This document shows positions 18,132 to 25,234 of a stretch of 35,379 bases of DNA, piece by piece. The notes beneath the pieces were generated by a model that had not been told where the DNA came from, ran no database searches, and saw only the letters and a list, made by a program, of their open reading frames with translations. A program made the translations under genes and the position numbers. The first letter of the stretch is position 1. Each line of letters starts with the position of its first letter. The DNA is taken from positions 1-35,379 of the IMG/VR virus record IMGVR_UViG_3300030376_004203. The stretch is one strand, 5' to 3'. Origin of the DNA: a virus. Taxonomy: Duplodnaviria; Caudoviricetes.

Positions 18132-18895
18132 CTCATCTTGTTCACCGAGTCATAGAACATGAAGCAACTGATGGCATCATCTAGTGCCTTGGCTTGTGCC
18201 TGCTCAGTCCACGTCTTGACATGGGTGTCCCCGTTGTTGGTGTTGATGATGACGGTGTGGATTGGTGGGTCATAGTCTAGGTAACTAGCAATCTTTACCA
18301 TCCTAGATTCCGAAGCTAGTTGCATAGCATCTTTGTGGTATGCTTTGCGGGTAATGTCCTGATGCTCTGCCACCTCCCTTGTCTTGTAGTCAAACAGGGA
18401 AAGCTTACCATTGTGTACGGCCAATAGGTCAATCGTTCCTGCCGTGTTAAATTCTTGGTCACTGTTGGAAATCACTCCTTCAACCTCCACCACCTCTAGG
18501 TCTTGGTCATCTGCCCATTCAATGAAAGGCATGACAAATGGTTCCCAAGATGGGGGACACTGACCCCCGCAAATGGTAGTTTCTAAATGCTTGTGGCATT
18601 CGGTTCCCCAAGAAGATGATGTCACTTCCTCACCTGTCTTCGGGTGAACTCTCATTCCCCACATCATCTCCATGATTTTCTCCTCACTGAGATGCGGGTG
18701 TTCCTTGCTGAGTTCTATTGCTTTCTTAGTCCTCCAAGTTTCAAAGAATGGATCAGGGAAAACCTTCAGCTTCTCGGTAACACTAGCAACGATGGCCTTG
18801 CCACTGTTCTGGGATTCCCTCCTTGCTTGGAAGGGAGTGGACAGGTCATCCCGAAGAAAACCTGAGTCTTTTTTTATTTCATAAAAGTGGGCCAT
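18128..18895 (-). CDS. PD-(D/E)XK exonuclease (RecB/Cas4/lambda-exo superfamily)
   Basis: SVT; WGTECHKHLE; AGTIDLL; FDYKT; MQLAS motifs. Confidence 0.8.
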   Translation of the reverse strand: MAHFYEIKKDSGFLRDDLSTPFQARRESQNSGKAIVASVTEKLKVFPDPFFETWRTKKAIELSKEHPHLSEEKIMEMMWGMRVHPKTGEEVTSSSWGTECHKHLETTICGGQCPPSWEPFVMPFIEWADDQDLEVVEVEGVISNSDQEFNTAGTIDLLAVHNGKLSLFDYKTREVAEHQDITRKAYHKDAMQLASESRMVKIASYLDYDPPIHTVIINTNNGDTHVKTWTEQAQAKALDDAISCFMFYDSVNKMR

Positions 18896-18923
18896 AATAT
18901 AAAGCGGGGGCCGGAGCCCCCGC
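18896..18923 (-). terminator. Strong hairpin/terminator between the SSB and exonuclease genes
   Basis: Minus strand reads GCGGGGGC-TCCG-GCCCCCGC then TTTATATT: an 8-bp GC stem with a cUCCGg tetraloop. Confidence 0.75.
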
Positions 18924-18930
18924 AGTTTAA

Positions 18931-19470
18931 TTAGAAAGGTGCTCCTTCCTCCTGAACCAAATCTCGGCCCTCTTGGATAGCTTCCCTCACCTCTAGCAAG
19001 TCCTTTGCAATGGAGTATACAATGTGTTTGAATTGTTCATTGTATCCACCGCTCTTGAACGTGCTGTCTTGAGCTGCCACTTGGCTTGCTTGGTTGATGC
19101 AAGCTTGAATGGCAATCTCTCTGCCTTTGTCTACTCCGCTACTGCCATTGCTGGAGTAGTTCGGTCGTTTGTAGAACGTCTCGGTTCCATCACTGGACTG
19201 ATGTCCGGTGTACCCTTGACTGTCTTGTGGAATCTCTCTTGGTATTGAGATTTTCCATTTAGTGTGACCCTTCGGGGTCTTGTATGTGCTGTCGGTTGCC
19301 TCTACTGTGGCTCCCGCCTCTGCCCAACGAGGGGCTTTGCTTTTGCCGTTGGCAACTCCTTTTGTGCCATCGTCAAATTCTAACCAGAACCCCCAGAGGT
19401 CCCCGTTAGGTGTGCTTCTTGGTTCATCTCCCATGAGACGCACCGTTTTTATGGTTTTTATCTGTGACAT
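18931..19470 (-). CDS. Probable single-stranded DNA-binding protein
   Basis: Beta-rich N-terminal half, acidic tail ending EEGAPF, located between the primase-helicase and the exonuclease. Confidence 0.6.
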   Translation of the reverse strand: MSQIKTIKTVRLMGDEPRSTPNGDLWGFWLEFDDGTKGVANGKSKAPRWAEAGATVEATDSTYKTPKGHTKWKISIPREIPQDSQGYTGHQSSDGTETFYKRPNYSSNGSSGVDKGREIAIQACINQASQVAAQDSTFKSGGYNEQFKHIVYSIAKDLLEVREAIQEGRDLVQEEGAPF

Positions 19471-19476
19471 ATATAT

Positions 19477-21324
19477 TTAGTCTACGTTGTACCAATACTC
19501 ATCCTCTGGTGAGAGGGTAGAGATTGGGCTTGTTTGGAATAGCCGGGTTTTGGTATCGAACCAAAGGTCGCGGCTAAAGTTGACCCCGCTGTTGCGTTGC
19601 TTGAAGCAGGTGAAAGTGGCATCGCCTTGCTTTTTGTATTTGTCCTGTTCTTCCGCACTTCCGTTGGACATTGCCAACTCCTTAGCAGTGTTGCGGTGCA
19701 TACTGCAAATGGTGTGGCTAGCCTGAGACAGTTCTTGGCTGCCAAGGATAGATCCCGGACTGGTAGGGGCATACTTAGTACCCCCGTTCTCTTTACTTTT
19801 TGCATCGGCGTGAGCTATCAGGACAATGGAAAGCTGGTGCTTAACCGCTGTCCTAGCTAAGTCCTTACTGATAAGACCTTGCTGTTCAAAGTCAAGCTTC
19901 GGTGCAAGGTAACTGAAACTGTCGATCAATATGGTAGTAATCCCATACTTTTGTTTAGCCAATATAATCTCTGCCTTCAGTCCTTCCCAGTTGTTTCCAC
20001 AGTCTCGGAAGTTGGTATCATCTATGAAGAAGATGTTCTCTCCTAGTTCATCAGCAACTTGAGCACACTGCTCATGCTTGGGTTCCTCTCCAAGGAGTTG
20101 TGTTCCTAGTTGGAGCATCATGTTCTCAATGGGAACCTCAAAGGATACGGCCATGCACTTGGTGCCGGTGCTGGCTAGGTGAAGGAGTAGCTGGTATGCT
20201 ATCTGACTCTTACCCGATCCGGGTATACCAATAACTGTGAACAGCTCGCTCTCCCTGAGACTCAAAGGCATATCTTGGAAGCACCAATTCTTCCATTCCC
20301 TCTCCCTCTCCTGTTGGGTGACACAATCCTGCATCTGCAATACAAAATCGTTGGGCCTTACCAATGCCTCTGGCTCGTTGCCCTTGGCACTATCCATGAG
20401 CTTCTTTAGATCGTCCTCAGTGGGGTGATCCTTGACCAGCCAATCGTTCACATCATTGTGTGGCTCTGGAATCTCAATCCGGTAACAGCGATCCGCTGAG
20501 AGCCTCTGAGAGAGCTTGATAAACATCTGCTGACCTGCGTCATCCATGTCGCTTGCAACGTAGATGCGTTCCATCCTAGTCAGCATCTCAAAGCAGTTCT
20601 CAATCCACCCGTGGTTGCTTGCTGATGGTACAGCAATGACAGGAATGTTGCTCTCCTTCTGCATTTGGTGCAGGGACATACAATCAATCTCCCCCTCGCA
20701 GATGATTAGCTCTCGGTCATCCTCCCCAACTAAGTGCAGTCCAAACGGTGTGTTGAATACAGGTTGGGTTGAGTAAATTTGTTTCTTGTTTCCTATGCGG
20801 GTAATGCAAGTGTACTTGAGCATCCGACAACGCCCCTCACTGTCATACAGGGGAGCTCCCCACCAGTGAGAACCATTCTTTTCCTCGGCAAAGATGTTGT
20901 ACTTACCAAGGGTACGCTCGTTGATACCCCGCTTCTCCACCATGTACTTGTGAACCTCGCTGCCCCTGAGAGCAGTTTCGGGAACAGTTTTCACCTCAAC
21001 TCTCTCCTCTGTCTTGACCGTTCTGATTTGCTCAAAGCCACAGAACTTTAGTGCCCATCTCATTGTCTCTGAGAATGATCCACCCAGCTTGCGGTGGCAC
21101 AGCTCTAGGATGTTGCAACTCTCTCCAGTCTGGTGATCTTTGGCAACGTAGACACTGCTGTTCTTGGCCTTGAACACATTGCAAGACCTTCCCTCGGCAT
21201 CGCCCCGCAAGTCGGCCATGACATACCGACCTCCTGCTTCCCTCTTTGCTCCGGGAAACATATCGGCCATGAGCCTATCAATTTTGGAACTCAGTTCCCT
21301 TTTTATTTCATCAGGTGTTTTCAT
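19477..21324 (-). CDS. Bifunctional primase-helicase (T7 gp4/Twinkle-like, TOPRIM + SF4)
   Basis: TOPRIM motifs ICEGEIDCMS, DMDDAG and NDVNDWL. Helicase motifs: Walker A GIPGSGKS, SFE, ILIDS, LIAH, GSQELSQ and Arg finger KQRN. Confidence 0.93.
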   Translation of the reverse strand: MKTPDEIKRELSSKIDRLMADMFPGAKREAGGRYVMADLRGDAEGRSCNVFKAKNSSVYVAKDHQTGESCNILELCHRKLGGSFSETMRWALKFCGFEQIRTVKTEERVEVKTVPETALRGSEVHKYMVEKRGINERTLGKYNIFAEEKNGSHWWGAPLYDSEGRCRMLKYTCITRIGNKKQIYSTQPVFNTPFGLHLVGEDDRELIICEGEIDCMSLHQMQKESNIPVIAVPSASNHGWIENCFEMLTRMERIYVASDMDDAGQQMFIKLSQRLSADRCYRIEIPEPHNDVNDWLVKDHPTEDDLKKLMDSAKGNEPEALVRPNDFVLQMQDCVTQQEREREWKNWCFQDMPLSLRESELFTVIGIPGSGKSQIAYQLLLHLASTGTKCMAVSFEVPIENMMLQLGTQLLGEEPKHEQCAQVADELGENIFFIDDTNFRDCGNNWEGLKAEIILAKQKYGITTILIDSFSYLAPKLDFEQQGLISKDLARTAVKHQLSIVLIAHADAKSKENGGTKYAPTSPGSILGSQELSQASHTICSMHRNTAKELAMSNGSAEEQDKYKKQGDATFTCFKQRNSGVNFSRDLWFDTKTRLFQTSPISTLSPEDEYWYNVD

Positions 21325-21602
21325 ATTTTAATATGCAAAGGTTCGTTTTGTTCTCTTGGTTCAGGTTTTAGCATCTTATCAATGATAACTCCGGTGCAAC
21401 ACTGCTGCTCATAGGCTAGGCGGTGCAAAAGATCATGAGTTTGGGGGCTGATAGTTGTCTGCAATCTCACCCTGTCTCCGGGCATCCACTTGCGTGGCCT
21501 GCCTCGCCGTTCTTTTCTGTTTTTATACCGGACAAGAGCTAAATCCCTGTCCGATGGATTGTTTTCTGTCAACTGCTGTTTAGTTTTTTTGTTTTCGGTC
21601 AT
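21321..21602 (-). CDS. Small DNA-binding protein (AT-hook-like RGRPRK plus possible ribbon-helix-helix)
   Basis: RRGRPRK followed by RVRLQTTISPQTHDLLHRLA..GVIIDKML. Confidence 0.55.
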   Translation of the reverse strand: MTENKKTKQQLTENNPSDRDLALVRYKNRKERRGRPRKWMPGDRVRLQTTISPQTHDLLHRLAYEQQCCTGVIIDKMLKPEPREQNEPLHIKI

Positions 21603-21943
21603 ACTTTTTTAGGTTTATCGGTTGATTTTAGTAATGGATCGACTGCTTCTGTCACTCCGGTGAGTCGCTTTGCAAACTTGGAGTCTGTCTCCTTCCACTC
21701 CATCACCTGCTTGTCGGCGTAGATGCAGGACAAGTGATGCCTGTTGGAATACCATCCAATGCTGGGCCATGCCGCCATTGGAATCTTACTGGCTAGATGG
21801 ATTGAAACAAACCTCGCTTCTGCGGTGTGCTGGTCCCTCCTTCTGCTTAATATTTGTTCAAGGGGTATGCCGTACCACTCTGAAACTGCGGTGAACACAG
21901 CCTCAATCTTCCCCTTCATTGATGATGTCGGTTCATATTTCAT
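21599..21943 (-). CDS. DnaA C-terminal (domain IV)-like HTH protein
   Basis: AVSEWYGI..EQILSRRR....EARFVSIHL...PSIG...NRHHLSCIYA parallels DnaA domain IV (..RQ.AMYL..SL..IG..F.RDHTTV.HA). Confidence 0.75.
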   Translation of the reverse strand: MKYEPTSSMKGKIEAVFTAVSEWYGIPLEQILSRRRDQHTAEARFVSIHLASKIPMAAWPSIGWYSNRHHLSCIYADKQVMEWKETDSKFAKRLTGVTEAVDPLLKSTDKPKKV

Positions 21944-22455
21944 TTGAAATTAAGTGCTTCTGGATTGTATCCATTCTCTATGGCTGCTGCGTCCCAAGCT
22001 CTTGCCGCCTCCTCTTCATCGTCAAAGTATCCGAGGCATTTCCTTTTCCCGTCAACCATGATGGGAGCCCTCCACTTTTTCCTATCTTTCACCCAACAAA
22101 CACCCCGAAATTTAGATGTTGTTCCCCTTTTTTTCTTTTTATAGCTTTTAAGGTTTTGGGTGCATGTCACCATCCTTAAATTGTCAACGTGGTTCTCAGT
22201 CCTCACCCCATTGATGTGATCCACTTGCAAGGACTTGTCCCAATCGGGAAGGAAATGCTGGGCCACAAGGCGAGCAACTAAAAAAGATTTAGTCCTTTTA
22301 TTTTTATACAAAATAACGTGAATGTACCCCCTGTTGCTAATTCTATCTGCCATAATCCTAGTCTTGCCATGCTTCAGTGACATGACTCTCCCTTGATTGG
22401 ATATTCGGTAGATTCCCTCATAGCCAATAACATCTTTCCATTCTTCTTCTTTCAT
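21940..22455 (-). CDS. NUMOD4-HNH-AP2 homing endonuclease
   Basis: NUMOD4: EEWKDVIGYEGIYRISNQGRV. HNH: VDHINGVRTENHVDNLR. AP2: SKFRGVCW..KWRA.I..LGYF..EEEAARAWD. Confidence 0.92.
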   Translation of the reverse strand: MKEEEWKDVIGYEGIYRISNQGRVMSLKHGKTRIMADRISNRGYIHVILYKNKRTKSFLVARLVAQHFLPDWDKSLQVDHINGVRTENHVDNLRMVTCTQNLKSYKKKKRGTTSKFRGVCWVKDRKKWRAPIMVDGKRKCLGYFDDEEEAARAWDAAAIENGYNPEALNFK

Positions 22456-22460
22456 AATAA

Positions 22461-22573
22461 TTCTTGGTAACTTATAACAAAACTCCTAGTCAGTAAGTAA
22501 CTCTTGGTTACTCTAACAGACTATAACTTTCTCTTGGTAATAGAATACTAGGATAGGGTAACTTACGGTTACC
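22461..22573. promoter_or_regulatory. Putative iteron-type replication origin
   Basis: TCTTGGT(A/T)A at 22462, 22502 and 22532, plus palindrome GGTAAC-ttacg-GTTACC at 22557-22573. AT-rich, at the 3' end of the HTH initiator-like gene. Confidence 0.45.
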
Positions 22574-22831
22574 ACCCCCCGGTAGTGTGACGGTGAACAG
22601 GTTGGAGTTGTCCATCCTTCTCTTGATTGTAACGAGCTTGCGTTTCTGAAGCCTTGTAAGCACCCTAGAAACGCTTTTCGGGTGAAGCCCTGTGTCTTTC
22701 CCTATCTTTGATGTGGAAGGGTAGCACAGGCCGTTGTCTGGGTTGGCGTAGTGGGCCAAGCAGAGCAACACAAGCTTGTCTGTTGAGGGTAAGGGGATAG
22801 CCCAAACCCTCCGTTCCAATTCAAACGACAT
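22508..22831 (-). CDS. Winged-HTH replication initiator-like protein (short)
   Basis: KLVLLCLAHYAN...CYPS...I...TGL..KSV.R.L..L...LV..RR....N.F is the typical N-terminal HTH of phage replication organisers. Confidence 0.8.
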   Translation of the reverse strand: MSFELERRVWAIPLPSTDKLVLLCLAHYANPDNGLCYPSTSKIGKDTGLHPKSVSRVLTRLQKRKLVTIKRRMDNSNLFTVTLPGGGNRKLPYPSILLPRESYSLLE

Positions 22832-22834
22832 TTC

Positions 22835-23047
22835 TTATGCGCCGTGATAGCAATCGTCAAAACACGCCTCAGCCCGATCTTCTTCATACTGATCCCTAGC
22901 TTCTTGCTCGGCAAGGCCCATGAGATCAAAGATCTTGGAGTCGGGAAGGGTATCTAATATTTCTTCCCCGTCCTCCCAAACCTCGGCAATGAGCCGCTCG
23001 CTTAGGTCAATGACAACCCTGTACCCGTTGATATTAAACTCTCTCAT
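22835..23047 (-). CDS. Hypothetical acidic protein (70 aa)
   Basis: ORF track; tightly packed, ATGA overlap. Confidence 0.7.
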   Translation of the reverse strand: MREFNINGYRVVIDLSERLIAEVWEDGEEILDTLPDSKIFDLMGLAEQEARDQYEEDRAEACFDDCYHGA

Positions 23048-23289
23048 CGGGATAGGTTGCCCTCCCCTCTTTGGAGTTGATCAAAGAGGCTATCCACCTC
23101 TTGGTGTGTTGGTTCAGAGTCTAGCCTGTAAAGCTCATCCTTGTAGAGCTCATCCATTGCGATGCTATCGCTCAAGATGGAGTCGGCTTGACTGAGTTTT
23201 TCATCAGTAAATTCCCTTGCTTCCTTTCCCCCGCTTCGGAGGTACTCCCTTGCGGAGTGTATTAGTTCATGCACTTTTTGTTTATCCAT
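23044..23289 (-). CDS. Hypothetical protein (81 aa)
   Basis: ORF track; AAGGA upstream. Confidence 0.7.
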   Translation of the reverse strand: MDKQKVHELIHSAREYLRSGGKEAREFTDEKLSQADSILSDSIAMDELYKDELYRLDSEPTHQEVDSLFDQLQRGEGNLSR

Positions 23290-23322
23290 TTTTTTCCTTT
23301 CATTAGTGGGGCAATGCCCCGT

Positions 23323-23724
23323 TCATTTATTACTAGAGTTGAAAAACCCTAGCCTTGCAAGCTCTTTTTTCACTTTGTTCCAATGCGGTTGCGTTGCCTC
23401 TAGTTTCCGGTAGCCGTTCGGCCCCCCGTTATGAATGCGAGTCCAGTCTTCTACCGTTGGTCGCCTTCCCAGTCTTTTGGGGGTTGCATATCTTCCCATA
23501 TAACATTGAATTATTAGTTCAGCCCGTTCAGAATTGAACGCATCACTATGCTCAAAGGGCTTGTCAATCACCCCGTTAGCTAGCCCCCACTCGCTAGCGT
23601 CCTGAACATAGGCCGCTTGCAATTGGTACATTCCCCAGCTATCGCCGCCGTCTCCAATGGCTTCGGGGTTGCCCCCACTCTCAACGAGAGCAAGGGCCTT
23701 TAGAAAGAGGAGCCAAGCAGTCAT
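23323..23724 (-). CDS. Invertebrate-type (destabilase-like) lysozyme
   Basis: LALVESGG (catalytic Glu), GMYQL...Y..DA, YMGRY and TRIHNGGPNG, the i-type signature. Confidence 0.8.
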   Translation of the reverse strand: MTAWLLFLKALALVESGGNPEAIGDGGDSWGMYQLQAAYVQDASEWGLANGVIDKPFEHSDAFNSERAELIIQCYMGRYATPKRLGRRPTVEDWTRIHNGGPNGYRKLEATQPHWNKVKKELARLGFFNSSNK

Positions 23725-23972
23725 AGCTCTTCCCCCTTATATATTGAAGAAAGCACTTCCTCTTTCAGCGGGAACCCGTAGAAGTCTAAAGATTGCAACT
23801 CCTCAACGGGCAAGTCTTTTACCTTCACCCCGAAGAAAGGACTACTCTCTTCGTTCATCTTGTCCTCCCAGCCAAAAGCTTTCTCTTCAAATTGAGACAT
23901 ACAAGTTTGGAAATCTTCAGCGTTCAATGCTAAGATTGAGCGGTCGTTTAGCGTAGTGAAATCAAATTTCAT
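23721..23972 (-). CDS. Hypothetical acidic protein (83 aa)
   Basis: ORF track; ATGA overlaps on both sides. Confidence 0.7.
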   Translation of the reverse strand: MKFDFTTLNDRSILALNAEDFQTCMSQFEEKAFGWEDKMNEESSPFFGVKVKDLPVEELQSLDFYGFPLKEEVLSSIYKGEEL

Positions 23973-24058
23973 TTTATTTTCCTTTCTTTCATTTTGATTG
24001 CTAAGAGTGAGACCAATACAACGGCCCCCGCTATTATTCTTATTAGTTCAGGATTCAT
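23969..24058 (-). CDS. 29-aa single-pass membrane micro-protein MNPELIRIIAGAVVLVSLLAIKMKERKIK
   Basis: Translated by hand. Fills the gap, ACCAATA leader upstream, ATGA overlap downstream, hydrophobic stretch with a basic tail. Confidence 0.65.
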   Translation of the reverse strand: MNPELIRIIAGAVVLVSLLAIKMKERKIK

Positions 24059-24067
24059 TTTTATTGG

Positions 24068-24301
24068 TTATTCATAGGCCGTCACTTCCATAGCCTCAAT
24101 TTTTCGGTTAATCCAAGATGCGGTAGTTTCGGGGCATTTGAGCGGGCCGCATTCAATTGAGTGTATCCGCTTGCATTCGTTGAAAATGTTTATTGCCCCT
24201 TCCACTGGCAAAAAGTGCTTGTCCATAAGTTGGTCAACGGACAGTGCCTTGAGTCTCTTGTATTGGTTATAAGTTATTTTTGCAATTGGTTCTGTTTTCA
24301 T
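24068..24301 (-). CDS. Hypothetical early protein (77 aa)
   Basis: ORF track; ACCAAT-ATG leader. Confidence 0.65.
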   Translation of the reverse strand: MKTEPIAKITYNQYKRLKALSVDQLMDKHFLPVEGAINIFNECKRIHSIECGPLKCPETTASWINRKIEAMEVTAYE

Positions 24302-24306
24302 ATTGG

Positions 24307-24471
24307 TTATTTATTTAGGTTTTCCAGCCATTCCCTTATTGGTGTTGCCTTAAATCCGGGCCTCAAGGTTAGCTTTTCAAGGGTTGCATATTGCAACTCG
24401 CAAATTGCTTTGCCGTTTTTGTTTATAACGTAAGACGCGTTTATATTTTTATTTAATGGCTCAAGTTTCAT
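24307..24471 (-). CDS. Hypothetical early protein (54 aa, MKLEPLNKN...)
   Basis: Internal ATG at 24471 of ORF 24307..24597; it avoids overlap with the next gene and follows an ACCAATA leader. Confidence 0.65.
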   Translation of the reverse strand: MKLEPLNKNINASYVINKNGKAICELQYATLEKLTLRPGFKATPIREWLENLNK

Positions 24472-24494
24472 TTTTCTTTTTATTGGTTTATGAT

Positions 24495-24854
24495 TTAAAT
24501 TTGGTTGAGAATTAGCTTTGAAGCTTGGAACAAAGCCCGCCCTTGAATTTCTACCCAGCTTTCTTTGTTGGAAAGGGGAAGCTCTCCCCCTTTGCACTTT
24601 TTAAACTGTGAAGGAGTGCAAAGTCTTTCGGCCATTTCCCCGTAATAGATTAAGGAATTTCCCCCTTCCGAATAAGCTTTCCAATTTTCCGCCCCGTTTA
24701 AAAGGGTTTTTTCGTTTATCTCTAAACTAGGCCCGTGGAATTTGATTTGATCCTCTAAGTGATCAAGCAGTTCGTTAGCGTAGGCGATCACTGCCTTTCC
24801 CCATTTAGAGCGTGGATTTTCTTTTTCAATTTCTTTTCTAATTTCGTTGATCAT
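24495..24854 (-). CDS. Conserved-looking phage early protein (119 aa)
   Basis: RSKW..AV..YA.EL...LLNGA.NW..YS.GG.SLIY...AERLCTPS...W...Q.RALFQA is a motif-rich pattern I recall from other phages; function unknown. Confidence 0.75.
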   Translation of the reverse strand: MINEIRKEIEKENPRSKWGKAVIAYANELLDHLEDQIKFHGPSLEINEKTLLNGAENWKAYSEGGNSLIYYGEMAERLCTPSQFKKCKGGELPLSNKESWVEIQGRALFQASKLILNQI

Positions 24855-24870
24855 TTTTTTTTGGTTTATT

Positions 24871-24926
24871 GGTGAGCTTCATTACTCACCCCGAAAGCCC
24901 GCAAGTCTTAGTTGCGAGCAAGGGGT
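24871..24926 (-). promoter_or_regulatory. Intergenic structured RNA element (two overlapping hairpins)
   Basis: Minus strand ACCCC-TT-GCTCGCAA-CTAAGAC-TTGCGGGC-TTTC-GGGGT (24888-24926), overlapping GGTGAG-N8-CTCACC (24871-24890). Confidence 0.55.
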
Positions 24927-24943
24927 TTGGTTTGGTTTTTGGT

Positions 24944-25234
24944 TTACGTTAGGTCTACAGTTTCACTGGCTAATTCAACTAGGTTCAAGTGGTCATCCCG
25001 TCTTGGCTTACGTAGCAATCTCTTGCTTGCTGCCTTGAAATAATCCGCCAAAGCTTGGGCCCGGCTGAAAGCCATTTCCATATGAACTGCTTGCAAAACT
25101 TCGGCGTCGGGGTATTCTTTCAGGGTCTCAACTGTATCGAGAATGGATTTTGCGTAGACATCAAGTTTGTTTACTTCGTCAAAACTAGCAACTAGGCTAA
25201 TACATCCGTGTCTTTTTGATATTACTTTTTCCAT
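24944..25234 (-). CDS. Hypothetical protein, first gene of the early arm (96 aa)
   Basis: ORF track; AC-rich leader ending ACCAAT-ATG. Confidence 0.7.
   Translation of the reverse strand: MEKVISKRHGCISLVASFDEVNKLDVYAKSILDTVETLKEYPDAEVLQAVHMEMAFSRAQALADYFKAASKRLLRKPRRDDHLNLVELASETVDLT

Noticed and set aside
18128-18895. Cas4 or CRISPR interpretation of the exonuclease
   Set aside because: No Fe-S cysteine cluster pattern, no other cas genes and no repeat-spacer array seen.
22455-22582. Possible frameshift at the G-run near 22575-22582 with TAG readthrough, fusing the HTH initiator to the HNH
   Set aside because: It needs a frameshift plus two TAG readthroughs. The frame match has a 1-in-3 chance, and no other gene shows TAG as sense.
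23308-23320. Hairpin GGGGC-AAT-GCCCC after the lysozyme gene
   Set aside because: A 5-bp stem with a 3-nt loop and no U-tract on the coding strand is too weak to call a terminator.
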